64,000 bases of DNA from an uncultured Lachnospiraceae bacterium (GCA_934317845.1 CAKRES010000005.1:51988-115987); one strand, 5' to 3'; positions 10,979 through 20,985 are shown, counted from the stretch's first letter. Numbers and translations: made by a program. Notes: generated by a model from the sequence alone, not told the origin.

Positions 10979-12394
10979 CTACTGCCCGGCAGGAACTTTC
11001 ACCTCTACCGTTTTTGTTGTTTCATAGAAGTATTTTCCACCCTGTGTCATCGGCAGAATCACACAATTGCGAAGATCTACATTTTTACGTTTTACATTGG
11101 AACCGGAAAAAGTAAAGGTCAGTGCTTTGCTTGCACGCTGTGGGGTATTTAAGTTCAATTTGGAATAATAACGTTTCGCAACTACTTTGTTTCCATCTTT
11201 TACTACTACCGTAATTCCTTTGATGTACTGGATCTTATGCTTTGTTCCATTGATAAAATGTCCTTTCAGTCGGTACCCGCTCTTGGTTTTCTCAATGGAA
11301 GAAAAGCCGATCACACCAGAATTGTAGCTGTAACCATTTTTTGAGTACGCAGAGAACTTCTGCCTATTTTTCACAACCTTTACCTTACACTTATAAGAGG
11401 CTGCTCCCACTTTAGCCGTTACTGTCGCTTTTCCCTCTTTCTTTCCGGTCACCTTTCCCTTGGAAGATACCGATGCTACCTTTTTGTTTGAACTGCTCCA
11501 TTTAACCTGTTTGGCATGCTTTACAGAAAGTGTTTTGGAAAATCCTTTGGTCAGAGTAATACTCTTCTCGCTAATGGACAAATTCTTTACCGTTACCGTA
11601 ACGGTAAGTGTCTGTGTCTCCATCTGCGCCTTGATCTTTACTGTTCCGGCTTTTTTTGCCGTTACAACACCATTTTCGACGCTGGCAACGGCATCATTGG
11701 ATGATGTCCAGACTACTGTCCCATCCTCTGCCTGTTTCAGTTTTAAGTCCTGCTGCCCTCCTACTAATACTTTCTGACTTAAAGAATCAAAATAAGCCCC
11801 GATATAGCTGAGCTTCTTTGCACTGTTTTTCACATAATCATAAAGTGTTGAAGACTGCATCAGCGTCACTTCAGAAAGTGTCGTCTTTTGAAATACATTC
11901 TTTCCATAAGTGGTTGTCAACGCAGAAGAAGTCAGTGCCAATTTATCCATATTGGAAAATGCTCCGTCTGCTACCGTTTCCACAGATACCGGAAGAGTGA
12001 TCTCTTTGACTGCTTTACAGTTGGAAAATGCTTCCTTTCCAATGCTAGTCACGCCTGACTCAGCAAAGGTTATCGTCGTCAGCTTGGTACAATACTGAAA
12101 TGCCTGCGCTCCGATCGTTTTCACAGAAGCCGGAAGGGAAACCGTCACCATATCCGCACCATAAAATGCTTTGGCTGCGACCGCTGTGACCGTCTTGTCC
12201 CCGATCGTTTCAGGGATCATCACGTTCTCCTCTTTCGTATTCATTCCGGTAATGGTCAGTGTTCCATCTGCATTTGTCACATATTGATAGATCTCCTCGG
12301 CATTGCTGCGGGACGAAAATCCCAGCATGCATCCCAGAAGCACGATACTGAAAATAATTATTTTTCCTGTTTTTTTCACGTTTTCTTCCTCCAT
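10979..12394 (-). CDS. secreted cell-surface protein, BspA-type leucine-rich repeats plus Ig-like (Big_2) domains
   Basis: signal peptide, repeated 'TxIGxxAFxxCxxLxxITxP' LRR_5 units, then Big_2-like segments; own TTGCGC-17-TATAAT promoter at 12414-12442. Confidence 0.7.
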   Translation of the reverse strand: MEEENVKKTGKIIIFSIVLLGCMLGFSSRSNAEEIYQYVTNADGTLTITGMNTKEENVMIPETIGDKTVTAVAAKAFYGADMVTVSLPASVKTIGAQAFQYCTKLTTITFAESGVTSIGKEAFSNCKAVKEITLPVSVETVADGAFSNMDKLALTSSALTTTYGKNVFQKTTLSEVTLMQSSTLYDYVKNSAKKLSYIGAYFDSLSQKVLVGGQQDLKLKQAEDGTVVWTSSNDAVASVENGVVTAKKAGTVKIKAQMETQTLTVTVTVKNLSISEKSITLTKGFSKTLSVKHAKQVKWSSSNKKVASVSSKGKVTGKKEGKATVTAKVGAASYKCKVKVVKNRQKFSAYSKNGYSYNSGVIGFSSIEKTKSGYRLKGHFINGTKHKIQYIKGITVVVKDGNKVVAKRYYSKLNLNTPQRASKALTFTFSGSNVKRKNVDLRNCVILPMTQGGKYFYETTKTVEVKVPAGQ

Positions 12395-12572
12395 TTCTAC
12401 TACCTTTTTAAAAGGTGCTATCTCTGCTATTGATTATACTGATATTTTTTTGCCGGCGCAACTGTAGTTTTCACGAAAATGCAGCTGCCTTGCTGCTGAT
12501 TTCCGGCATCTTGTTTCATTTGCACTTTTTTTCCTGCGCGCATCTATGCTATACTGATGCTTAGAATACAAA

Positions 12573-13448
12573 ATGAAAGAAGGAACTGATATGATCACAG
12601 GGACTACCCGCCTGACCGGTCTGCTCGGCAGCCCGGTATCTCACAGCATCTCCCCGCTGATGCACAATGAAGCATTCCACCTGCTGGGACTCGACTACCG
12701 CTACCTGTGTTTTGATGTGGGAACGGAAGATTTAAAATGTGTGACCGATGCCTTCCGTGTTTTGAACGTACGAGGCTTCAACCTCACTATGCCGGATAAG
12801 ACTCGCATGTTTGAACTTGCCGACGAAGTATCTACAGCCGCTGCACTGATCGGTGCCGTAAACACTGTTGTAGTGGAAAATGGCAGATTACTTGCCCACA
12901 ACACGGACGGAACAGGATACATGCGGGCTGTAGCGGATGCCGGATATGATCTTACCGGAAAACATATGGTACTGCTTGGTGGTGGTGGAGCCGCGACTGC
13001 GATCGCGGTACAGGCTGCGTTGGATGGACTTAAGCGGATCACGATCGTAAACCGTGCCGGAAAATCATTTCAAAAAGCACAAACACTTGCCGATACGCTC
13101 TGTCAGAAAACAGACTGTCTGGTCGATACCTGCGCTTTAGAGGATACACAGACGCTGCGGCAGCTCTTACAGGATGCTGCTATTTTAACCAATGCTACTC
13201 CGGTTGGCATGGCTCCGAATGAGGATGCCTGTCCATTGAGTGATCCCTCTATGCTGCATCCCGGTCTGTTTGTTTCCGATATCATTTATAATCCAAGAAC
13301 CACACGACTGATGGAAGAAGCAAAAAAACGGGGAGCCGCTACCTGCAACGGTCTTTACATGCTCTTGTATCAGGGAGCAGAAGCCTTTGAACTTTGGACC
13401 GGACAACCAATGCCAATCGCACCGATCAAAGAAAAATTCTTTTCCTAA
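12573..13448 (+). CDS. aroE: shikimate dehydrogenase
   Basis: SxSPxMHN motif (SISPLMHNEAF), NAD(P)-binding GGGGAA, 291 aa. Confidence 0.88.
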   Translation: MKEGTDMITGTTRLTGLLGSPVSHSISPLMHNEAFHLLGLDYRYLCFDVGTEDLKCVTDAFRVLNVRGFNLTMPDKTRMFELADEVSTAAALIGAVNTVVVENGRLLAHNTDGTGYMRAVADAGYDLTGKHMVLLGGGGAATAIAVQAALDGLKRITIVNRAGKSFQKAQTLADTLCQKTDCLVDTCALEDTQTLRQLLQDAAILTNATPVGMAPNEDACPLSDPSMLHPGLFVSDIIYNPRTTRLMEEAKKRGAATCNGLYMLLYQGAEAFELWTGQPMPIAPIKEKFFS

Positions 13449-13681
13449 TGTTTAGAAATTCTGACCCGCCGGATCAGAAAATAGAGCACAAAAAGTAACA
13501 CTATGCCACTTTCACAAAGGAGCACTACATTTTTCGCAAGCAGTCCGGCTAGCAACAGTATAACAAACAGATATCCATGAAAGAGCAGATGATTTTCCAC
13601 ACAGGTAAGTCGTCTGCTCTTTTCGCTCTTACAGGCAACCGCCATTTTTTTATATAAGATACGATCCTGACATTGCTTCAT
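13445..13681 (-). CDS. small two-TM membrane protein (hypothetical)
   Basis: 79-aa ORF starting MKQCQ with GGGGGG RBS 6 nt upstream; two hydrophobic helices; lies immediately behind a strong terminator, so expression is uncertain. Confidence 0.3.
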   Translation of the reverse strand: MKQCQDRILYKKMAVACKSEKSRRLTCVENHLLFHGYLFVILLLAGLLAKNVVLLCESGIVLLFVLYFLIRRVRISKH

Positions 13682-13694
13682 TGTCATCCCCCCT

Positions 13695-13740
13695 TTTAAA
13701 ACAAAAAACATCTATTCCTTATGGAATAGATGTTTTTATT
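13695..13740 (-). terminator. intrinsic terminator (bidirectional) ending the YoaR-YlmH-Zn-ribbon unit
   Basis: perfect 12-bp stem aacatctattcc/ggaatagatgtt, 4-nt loop, T-run on the minus strand (TTTTTTGTTTT) and TTTTTATT on the plus strand. Confidence 0.7.
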
Positions 13741-13771
13741 ACTATATGATGCTTCTGATTTTATATGACAC

Positions 13772-14329
13772 TTACCATCTCATGCGGACAAAACGTGTTT
13801 TGCAAGCCGGACATACGATCGCCACACGTCCTTTTTTTCCGCGGTTTGGAATACGCACCTGTTGTTTGCAGCCGGGACATTCAAAGATATAATATTTCTT
13901 TTTCATTTCCCGTTCCTGTTCTTTTTCCTGTTTGGTCTCCTCATCCGGAACAACCTTGTTCTTCAGCTGCTCCACATAAGCCTTTTTATCCGCTTCTTTG
14001 AAATCTTTCATCTTACCGGATAGCTTTTCCCACAGTTTCACAAACAGTGCTTTACAACCGGACGTAAGACCGGCAAACAGCTCATTCTCTTTTTCATGAT
14101 AAGAAAATGGAGAAAAACAGCGAAACAGTCCATATCCGATCAGCACCAGTGCAAAGATTAAAAGCCCTACACTTTTCGCAAACAGATCGACCAGTAACAA
14201 TATAGCACCTACGATCCAAAAAAGGCCACTCAGATCATCCTCGCCTCGTTTTCCATTCGTCCATTTTGCCCATTGATTTGTGAAAAAGTCTACAATAATT
14301 CCTAATTTCTCTTCAATCCAATCAAACAT
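13772..14329 (-). CDS. membrane protein with C-terminal zinc-ribbon (two CxxC pairs)
   Basis: two TM helices, K/E-rich linker, C-terminal CPGCK...CPACK. Confidence 0.6.
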   Translation of the reverse strand: MFDWIEEKLGIIVDFFTNQWAKWTNGKRGEDDLSGLFWIVGAILLLVDLFAKSVGLLIFALVLIGYGLFRCFSPFSYHEKENELFAGLTSGCKALFVKLWEKLSGKMKDFKEADKKAYVEQLKNKVVPDEETKQEKEQEREMKKKYYIFECPGCKQQVRIPNRGKKGRVAIVCPACKTRFVRMRW

Positions 14330-14413
14330 CCCGCTATCATCCTTTCAAAAAGTATATCCTTCTCAAAGGTCCCCAGTTCCTTTAGTATACCACAGCCACA
14401 AGGCTTCGTAAAG

Positions 14414-15178
14414 TCAAGATTCATACCGGGTGATGCGGATCTTGAACTTGTCTTTTTTTGTTTTTGCTGCAATTTTATGAAAATAAAACCGTCCCTTTTT
14501 CCGGACAGATATCATACTGTCTTCTTTTACGATTCCACTATTATTTTCACATAATCTTCCGGACACAAATACGCGTTTTTCCCGGATGATACGCTGGCTC
14601 TCCTCTCTGGAAAGGCGAAATACTGCTGCTACGACAGCATCAAGCCGCAAGGAGGAAACCAAAAGTTCCGCTTCCTCTCCTTTGGAAAGAGAGAGGTTTT
14701 TCACCTCCTGCGCCTCGCAGTAGGATACCGTCACGATCGTATGACGTATCTTAGTCAGTTCTGTCCTGATATACTCTGCCATCTGCTGCATGCAGGCAAC
14801 ATAAATGACCGAGGATGTGATCAGAATATCTCCGATCATTTCCCGCTCTATTCCAAGATGCATCAGTGCGCCCAGACAGTCCCGATGCGTCAGCTTTTCC
14901 GCATATTTTTTGGAGACTGGGGTGAGTTTTAGTAAGCAGACCGGAGGCTGTTCCTCATAGCTGAATGTATCCTCATTTCCAAACACTGCAATATTGCGCT
15001 CACTCATCGGAAATATGCCATATAAGGAAACTGCAATTGGAAATTCCCGTTCCAATTGCAGTACCATGTCTTGTTCCATTTCATTTAAAAAATTGGTAAA
15101 TTCATAGCGATTGCTATGATAGGAGCGGTTGGCAAGCTCCATGAGACGCTTTCTGATCCGCTGCTCTTCTTCCTTCAT
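14414..15178 (-). CDS. ylmH: YlmH-family RNA-binding S4-domain protein
   Basis: matches B. subtilis YlmH blocks: HRDCLGALMHLGIEREMIGDILI and VSSLRLDAVVAAVF...KTKKDKFKIRI. Confidence 0.7.
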   Translation of the reverse strand: MKEEEQRIRKRLMELANRSYHSNRYEFTNFLNEMEQDMVLQLEREFPIAVSLYGIFPMSERNIAVFGNEDTFSYEEQPPVCLLKLTPVSKKYAEKLTHRDCLGALMHLGIEREMIGDILITSSVIYVACMQQMAEYIRTELTKIRHTIVTVSYCEAQEVKNLSLSKGEEAELLVSSLRLDAVVAAVFRLSREESQRIIREKRVFVSGRLCENNSGIVKEDSMISVRKKGRFYFHKIAAKTKKDKFKIRITRYES

Positions 15179-15181
15179 CTG

Positions 15182-16633
15182 TTAATCCTCCGCCTTTTCT
15201 TCTGTGGTTGCAGAAGGAACATTGGGATCCTCGTAAACAATGACCGGATATCCCTTTTCCATATTGTCGTAAATAGACACTGCCATGTGATACGGCAGAT
15301 TCACGCATCCGTGGGAACCCTTGTATTTATAAAAGGTGCCACCAAACACTCTTCTCCAGCTTGCATCATGGAAACCAATATTTCCATTAAACGGAATAAA
15401 ATAATCCACTTTGGAAGTATAGTTTTCTCCGACAAGCTGCACCTGATGGTTCTCATAAGTATGATCCTTATAGGTAACGGAATAGATACCGGAAGGGGTT
15501 GGATTTTTGAGTTTTCCGGTCACACAGTCTGCCTCATCTACTACCTTACCATTTTTATAAAGAATAACATGCTGTCTGGTCAGATTGACTTCTACATAGG
15601 TATTTCCTAAATCATCTTCTCCTCTTGCAGCTGCCTTTTGCAGATACTCTACCTCTTTGGTTCCACTCTTTTTCTCCTTAATAAATGAGATCAGACTTTT
15701 CGTTTCTGCATCCCGGTTGGTCCACCAGCCATAATCCCCTTTGCTTAATGTAACCGAATAACCATAGCTGGTCTGGAAAGTCCTGGTAGAGAAAATGGTA
15801 TCGTATTTCGATGCCATCTCGCCTACAAACTGTGCAACCTTCTCCTTGTCAAAAGAAACCTTGAGTTTGCCACTTACCTTCAGCCACGAAGCAATCTGAT
15901 CCGGTTCTACTGTTACCTGATCCGTTCCATAATCATAGGTTACCTTCGTATTGATGTACGCATTTGCCAGATCAAGTGCATCTGTCACAGCCTCGTCCTT
16001 TTCGTAATAGACCGGATTCACATAGCAGTCCTGTTTCTCTAAATTGAGGGACTCATTTAACTCTTTTACACAATTCTCAGCAGCTTCCTGTAATTTTGAA
16101 AGCTCCACCTTCGTTCCTACTGATTCCGGAACTGCTTCAAATTCTTTTTTCTCGCTATTATAGGAAATGGTTGCATCCACCGGAGCTTCCATGTTGGTTT
16201 CCTTTGCACAATCCAGTGCAAGAACCGCCTGTTTTAACCCCTCCTGATCGTAAGTTACATGTACTCCGATCGCTTTTTGCTGCGGCATGGCAAACGATAC
16301 CGGCCACAGCAGGGTACGCTGCTTCTTCACCAGATCATTCATGGAATCATCAAATACCACATCCATAGAAAAACTCTTACCGTTTAGATGCTCCGTTTTC
16401 TTCTGGCGTTCTTTTACTATAATATCAAAATTCTGCACCACATCTGTGATCGCTTCTTCGGCTCCTGCCACACTTCTCATGGAACAGGCTACCCCATTGA
16501 TCTTTGTACCGATCAGGAAATGAGACTGAAAGAACACAATTCCTGCCACATAAACTACCAGAAGAATACCAACAATGACCAGTAGCGTTCTTCCTACTTT
16601 TCCTTTTTTTCTGTTCGTTCTAATTCTTCCCAT
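15182..16633 (-). CDS. L,D-transpeptidase family protein (YoaR/VanW-like N-terminal region plus YkuD domain)
   Basis: N-terminal TM anchor, C-terminal YkuD catalytic block HGCVNLP; 483 aa. Confidence 0.7.
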   Translation of the reverse strand: MGRIRTNRKKGKVGRTLLVIVGILLVVYVAGIVFFQSHFLIGTKINGVACSMRSVAGAEEAITDVVQNFDIIVKERQKKTEHLNGKSFSMDVVFDDSMNDLVKKQRTLLWPVSFAMPQQKAIGVHVTYDQEGLKQAVLALDCAKETNMEAPVDATISYNSEKKEFEAVPESVGTKVELSKLQEAAENCVKELNESLNLEKQDCYVNPVYYEKDEAVTDALDLANAYINTKVTYDYGTDQVTVEPDQIASWLKVSGKLKVSFDKEKVAQFVGEMASKYDTIFSTRTFQTSYGYSVTLSKGDYGWWTNRDAETKSLISFIKEKKSGTKEVEYLQKAAARGEDDLGNTYVEVNLTRQHVILYKNGKVVDEADCVTGKLKNPTPSGIYSVTYKDHTYENHQVQLVGENYTSKVDYFIPFNGNIGFHDASWRRVFGGTFYKYKGSHGCVNLPYHMAVSIYDNMEKGYPVIVYEDPNVPSATTEEKAED

Positions 16634-16680
16634 GCTACCTACTTCCTTACATCGATCCTTTACGTACTCACCAATTTCTT

Positions 16681-16709
16681 ATCATACACTGTTTTCCATT
16701 GGTATGCAA
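16681..16709 (-). promoter_or_regulatory. sigma-A promoter of the L,D-transpeptidase operon
   Basis: minus strand TTGCAT-17nt-TATGAT. Confidence 0.5.
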
Positions 16710-16737
16710 GCGAATTTCCGCCCACTCACTTCAAATA

Positions 16738-19700
16738 TCACTGGAAACGTTTGACTGCTTTTTTATACTTTTCCTTGTGTGGACACCTGCGGTATGCTTC
16801 TTCATAATATTTTTTCGCCATTTTCAGGCAGTCCCCTTTTGTTTCTACTGCCACATAATCATCCAGCAGCTCCACTAATGAAGCAAACAGACTTTGCTCC
16901 GGCAACTCCACATCTTCCTGTATCTTTTCTTCTGCTTTTTCAAGTTCTTCTTTCCTGAGACGAACAAATTCCAAAAGTTCTGTGCTGGCAGGCTGTACCT
17001 CTTTGGCTCTGCGCTCATACATTTCTGCCATATCATAATAGACCTCATAGCAGCAGCACTTGGTACAATAAGCACAGCGTGGTCCATAATAAACCGCCCA
17101 GAAAAACATTCGGATCGACTCCTCATACATGCCCTTCCATGCATAATCCATACCAACACAATCTGCTGCACAAGCGTCCTTCGAATCCTGTTTTAACAGC
17201 TTGATGTCTTCCCGGAATGCCGCCTCATATAAAACCGCCCCCCGGTTTAAATCTCCCAATTTCTCATATAATACACCAAGTTTGGAACAGACATATCCAT
17301 CCTCCCGGTTAAGCTGGTATGCTTTTTCATAATATTTACATGCTTTTTTGAGATCATTTTTATAATCCAGATAGTAGCCACCCAGATATTTATAATACTG
17401 GCATTCATAATGATTGCCATAAGCTTTGCGATACGCCATACGCTGACTACGCTTTAGCGCACGCTTCCACACGGATATCATTGCCTTTTCCTCACCCGCA
17501 TGCTTAAACAGGTTCGCATAATGCGTGATTGTTTTCGTATAATCATCCTGGTAGGCTGGCTGCAGTAATTCCTGATAGATCAACGCACTCTGCTTTCGTT
17601 TCCCTTGTTCTGCATAAATATCCGCCAGCAGCAGTCTGGCCTCATAATAATAGGAAGTACTCTGATCCTTTATCTGCAGCAAATAAGAAACTGCCTGTTC
17701 TATTTTATTTAACCGCCTTGAAAGGCGTGCCGCTTCATAAACAATGCGAAGATTGGGATGTTCGTTCGCCAGTGCTTTTTCGTAATCCAGTAATGCTTCC
17801 TCTAAATGTCCGGTCTCCTTTGCCAGGAATCCAAGATTCGCCCATGCATAACAGTTCTCCGGGTTATCCTCTAATGCCATCTCGTAACTTTTCTTTGCTT
17901 CATTGTTGCGATCCAGCTCATTGTAGATAATCCCCTGATCTACATAGTAGTAATCCGATGGTGCCAGTGCAAGCTGGAGTGTCACCTCTTTCAATGCTTC
18001 TTCATAACATCCCTGCTCCATATAAATGTCACAGATACGTCCATGGATCCCCGGATGATCCGGATTTAACTCTGCTGCCTTCTGATAATACTGCAGGGCT
18101 TCATCCCTGTGATCCAGATCATGCTCCACATCCGCATAAAGCAGATAAAGTCTTGCCTCCCTGATTCCTTTTCTGAGCCATTCCTCCATCCGTTCTTTTG
18201 CTGCGTCGCTGTCATTTAAGGCACGGAGTGCCTGTACCTCTAACAACAGATATTCATATTTATAATCAACATTTAATTCAGCTGCTTTTTGTGCCAATGC
18301 AACCGCCTGTGTCAACTGTTTTTTCCGGTCACCCTCTTCCTCTGTATAGCAGAGTACACCGCGCTGATAATAGATCCGTCCTTCTTTACTGTGATTGGTG
18401 ATCGCCTGCTCCAGTAAAGCCTGTGCTTCTTCTCTCTTATCAAGATTCCGTTTTGCCTGTGCAAGATAGGATAACAACAGATCCGTCATACTGTCCGGAT
18501 AACTCATTGGAGCAAGCATCTGTTCCAATTCCTCATAGGCATCATACTCAGCAAATATCTTCGCTTTGATCTCAAATGTATCCATATAAGGAAGAATGGA
18601 AATTGCACGGTCACAAAGCTCCAACGCTTTTTCGTACTCTCCCATCCGGTAATATGCTTCCGCTTTAAAATGATAAAGATTCGGAATCTGGTTATCGTAC
18701 TGTAAGCCTACATCACAAATATCCACGGCATCCTGATATCGCTTTTCTTTCAGATAAATCTGTGCCAGACGATAGTAGATCCTTGGAGATGTTTCATCAA
18801 TTTCCTTTGCCTTTGCATAAACTTTCTTCGCCTGTTCTAATTGATCTGCCTCTCCATAGCAGTAACCTAAATCCTCATAATAAGCAAGTTTTTCCGGATG
18901 AAGTTCCACCAGACGCTCCAGTGCCGGGATCGCTTTTTCATAGCTCTTACGGTTCAGATCGATCAAGTCAATATACACACTGCTTTTTAATTCCAGATAA
19001 CGTGTTTCATCCGGATAATTCTCTGTTAAAGCTTCAAATATCTCTTCAGCCTCTTCATAATGGCAGGAATCCGCTAATGTCTTACAGTACTGATAAACCT
19101 TCTCCGGATCTTCCTTATCCTGTTCATAGGCTTCCTTCCGGCTTTCTTTGATCTCCTCATTGAGTGCCGCGCAAAAATTTCTGACGTAGCCATTGTAAGG
19201 AACAAGCTCCTGCGCTTTTTCGATGATCTCCAGTGCTTTTTCCAGATCATTTCTTCTCTGGAAGACCGCTGCCAATCCGATCATGGCTCCCACATGATCC
19301 TTTGTTTTATCAAGAATCTCCTGATATGCTTTTTCCGCTTCGTCATATCGTTCCACTTCCAGATAATAGCGCGCCTTCACTTGCACAAAACGTTCCTTGT
19401 CCGGTTCTGCCTCACGGTATGTCTGAAACACAGCTTCCGCTTCTTCTCTCCGCTCTAAATAGACAAGGGTGCGCAGCTTCAATTCTTCAATATCCGGATG
19501 CTTGACCGGGTACTTGCTTAACCTTGCAAGACTTTCCTCAATCTCTTCCTTTTCCCCCTCATTCATCAGATGATCCAGCTTGTAATATTCTTCCAGACAT
19601 GCATCATAATCCATCGGTTCCTCTGCTTTTAATAACAGATAACGGAAATTATCCGGATACTTTGCGTTAGAGAGCAGATACTCAATATAATTTTCCGGAA

Positions 19701-20136
19701 AATGATTCAGCAACTGCTGTTTCTTGGTTTCCCAATGAAAATACTCTTCTAATACATGTAACACCTCATGTGGCACCATAATATGTTCCGCCAGATAGAT
19801 CAAAAGCTGCTCGTTGCACGCATTGGCAGAATCAATCGCAAAGCAGACATCCTCCTCTAACAGTTCCTGCCATTTGCTGACATCAATTCTGGTTTCGTAA
19901 TTCTGATATATCTGATCTACCTTATCGATCCAAAGAGCAACCGGATCCTTCTCTGTTTCTTTTTCGTCTTCCTGATCCGCCAGTGCAAGTGCTTCTTCAT
20001 ATGCCTCACGCAGCCTCATGAATCCCTCATTGTCCACCTCCGGCCGATATTCCGGCAATAGCTTGGCATATGCTCTTTTGATCTGCCTTTTATCTTTGGT
20101 TGGTTCAATCCTTAATATCTGAAAGCATTTTGGCAT
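16738..20136 (-). CDS. large TPR-repeat protein with N-terminal degenerate J domain (HPD replaced by RPE) and C-terminal Cys-rich segment
   Basis: residues 1-55 align to DnaJ J-domain helices (FQILRI...IKRAYAKLLPEYRPE...MRLREAYEEAL); ~1000 aa of TPR-like repeats; C-terminal CAYCTKCCC. Confidence 0.7.
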   Translation of the reverse strand: MPKCFQILRIEPTKDKRQIKRAYAKLLPEYRPEVDNEGFMRLREAYEEALALADQEDEKETEKDPVALWIDKVDQIYQNYETRIDVSKWQELLEEDVCFAIDSANACNEQLLIYLAEHIMVPHEVLHVLEEYFHWETKKQQLLNHFPENYIEYLLSNAKYPDNFRYLLLKAEEPMDYDACLEEYYKLDHLMNEGEKEEIEESLARLSKYPVKHPDIEELKLRTLVYLERREEAEAVFQTYREAEPDKERFVQVKARYYLEVERYDEAEKAYQEILDKTKDHVGAMIGLAAVFQRRNDLEKALEIIEKAQELVPYNGYVRNFCAALNEEIKESRKEAYEQDKEDPEKVYQYCKTLADSCHYEEAEEIFEALTENYPDETRYLELKSSVYIDLIDLNRKSYEKAIPALERLVELHPEKLAYYEDLGYCYGEADQLEQAKKVYAKAKEIDETSPRIYYRLAQIYLKEKRYQDAVDICDVGLQYDNQIPNLYHFKAEAYYRMGEYEKALELCDRAISILPYMDTFEIKAKIFAEYDAYEELEQMLAPMSYPDSMTDLLLSYLAQAKRNLDKREEAQALLEQAITNHSKEGRIYYQRGVLCYTEEEGDRKKQLTQAVALAQKAAELNVDYKYEYLLLEVQALRALNDSDAAKERMEEWLRKGIREARLYLLYADVEHDLDHRDEALQYYQKAAELNPDHPGIHGRICDIYMEQGCYEEALKEVTLQLALAPSDYYYVDQGIIYNELDRNNEAKKSYEMALEDNPENCYAWANLGFLAKETGHLEEALLDYEKALANEHPNLRIVYEAARLSRRLNKIEQAVSYLLQIKDQSTSYYYEARLLLADIYAEQGKRKQSALIYQELLQPAYQDDYTKTITHYANLFKHAGEEKAMISVWKRALKRSQRMAYRKAYGNHYECQYYKYLGGYYLDYKNDLKKACKYYEKAYQLNREDGYVCSKLGVLYEKLGDLNRGAVLYEAAFREDIKLLKQDSKDACAADCVGMDYAWKGMYEESIRMFFWAVYYGPRCAYCTKCCCYEVYYDMAEMYERRAKEVQPASTELLEFVRLRKEELEKAEEKIQEDVELPEQSLFASLVELLDDYVAVETKGDCLKMAKKYYEEAYRRCPHKEKYKKAVKRFQ

Positions 20137-20154
20137 GTTTTTTCCCCCCGTTTG

Positions 20155-20871
20155 CTAAAATCGCTGCATGATCTTCATGATCTTAGCTGCATTTTGCGTG
20201 GACATAGCTGCAAATATATCCGCCCGTTTTTGCGGATCCAAATGAGACATGATCTCTGCCACCAATGTATAATCTCCTGTCATTCCTTCCAGTATTGCCG
20301 CAGCACTGGAAGCTTCCATGCTGTTATAGGTATCGACATAGGTCTGCATCGTCGGATCTAATGCCTGTGTTGAAGCTGCTGCATTTCCACTCGTCCCGGA
20401 TGCACCGGCAGTTCCGGCTGTTGCTGTATTTGCTTCCTGCGTCGTAGCTGACGCATCTGCTGTTGTAGTTGCCGCCTGCGTTGTAGCTGTTTCCGTTGTA
20501 GTAGCAGCTTCTGTTGTCGCCTGCTGTTTTTTGTCCTTTTTCTTTTTGGATGTATGTTTTTTATTGGCCAGTAAGGTATCATCCTGCGCAGATGCCGGAA
20601 GTATCTTATTGATATATGGCACATCCCCGATCACCGGACCTAATACATTGGAACCAAATCCACCCACATCAAACTTAATGAGCAAAAACAACAGTGCCAG
20701 CAAAAACAACACAATGAGCACCGTCAATCCAAATGTTCCCTGACTCGGTTCACTATCTGTTTTGATCTGCCTGATCTGCTTTTTATTCTCCTTCTGCTGC
20801 CGCTTTAAATCCTTGATCTGTGATCTGGCTTCCTGTTTTTTCCGTTTTAACTCTTCCTTATCTGCATCCAT
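20155..20871 (-). CDS. membrane protein: N-terminal coiled-coil, one TM, Thr/Ala-rich linker, C-terminal MgtE_N/FliG-N-like domain
   Basis: start placed at internal ATG (MDADKEEL) with AGGTGAG RBS; the ORF's first ATG overlaps the -10 box; C-terminal AAAILEGM...LDPQKRADIFAAMSTQNAAKIMKIM resembles the MgtE intracellular N domain. Confidence 0.6.
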   Translation of the reverse strand: MDADKEELKRKKQEARSQIKDLKRQQKENKKQIRQIKTDSEPSQGTFGLTVLIVLFLLALLFLLIKFDVGGFGSNVLGPVIGDVPYINKILPASAQDDTLLANKKHTSKKKKDKKQQATTEAATTTETATTQAATTTADASATTQEANTATAGTAGASGTSGNAAASTQALDPTMQTYVDTYNSMEASSAAAILEGMTGDYTLVAEIMSHLDPQKRADIFAAMSTQNAAKIMKIMQRF

Positions 20872-20899
20872 TTCACTCACCTGCTTTTTGTTTTTTGTT

Positions 20900-20928
20900 A
20901 TCATACCATATTTTTTATAGCATCACAA
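20900..20928 (-). promoter_or_regulatory. sigma-A promoter of the coiled-coil/TPR two-gene unit
   Basis: minus strand TTGTGA-17nt-TATGAT, ~25-nt leader to the AGGTGAG RBS. Confidence 0.5.
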
Positions 20929-20949
20929 CCAGAGCATTGTATTCCCAGA

Positions 20950-20985
20950 AACGGGATTATAATAAAGAAAGGCAGAGCCTTACGA
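20950..20985 (-). terminator. intrinsic terminator after ilvC
   Basis: GGCAGAG-8nt-CTCTGCC hairpin followed by TTTCTTTATT on the minus strand. Confidence 0.55.

Noticed and set aside
13682-13711. First two ATGs of the 13445-13711 ORF
   Set aside because: The first ATG lies inside the 3' arm of the terminator stem and the second has zero spacing to the GGGGGG run. The third (13681) has usable spacing. The whole gene remains low confidence
20872-20904. Upstream ATG (MITKNKKQVSE…) as the start of the coiled-coil membrane protein
   Set aside because: That ATG is part of the TATGAT -10 box of the promoter and has no RBS. The internal ATG at 20871 has AGGTGAG at ideal spacing
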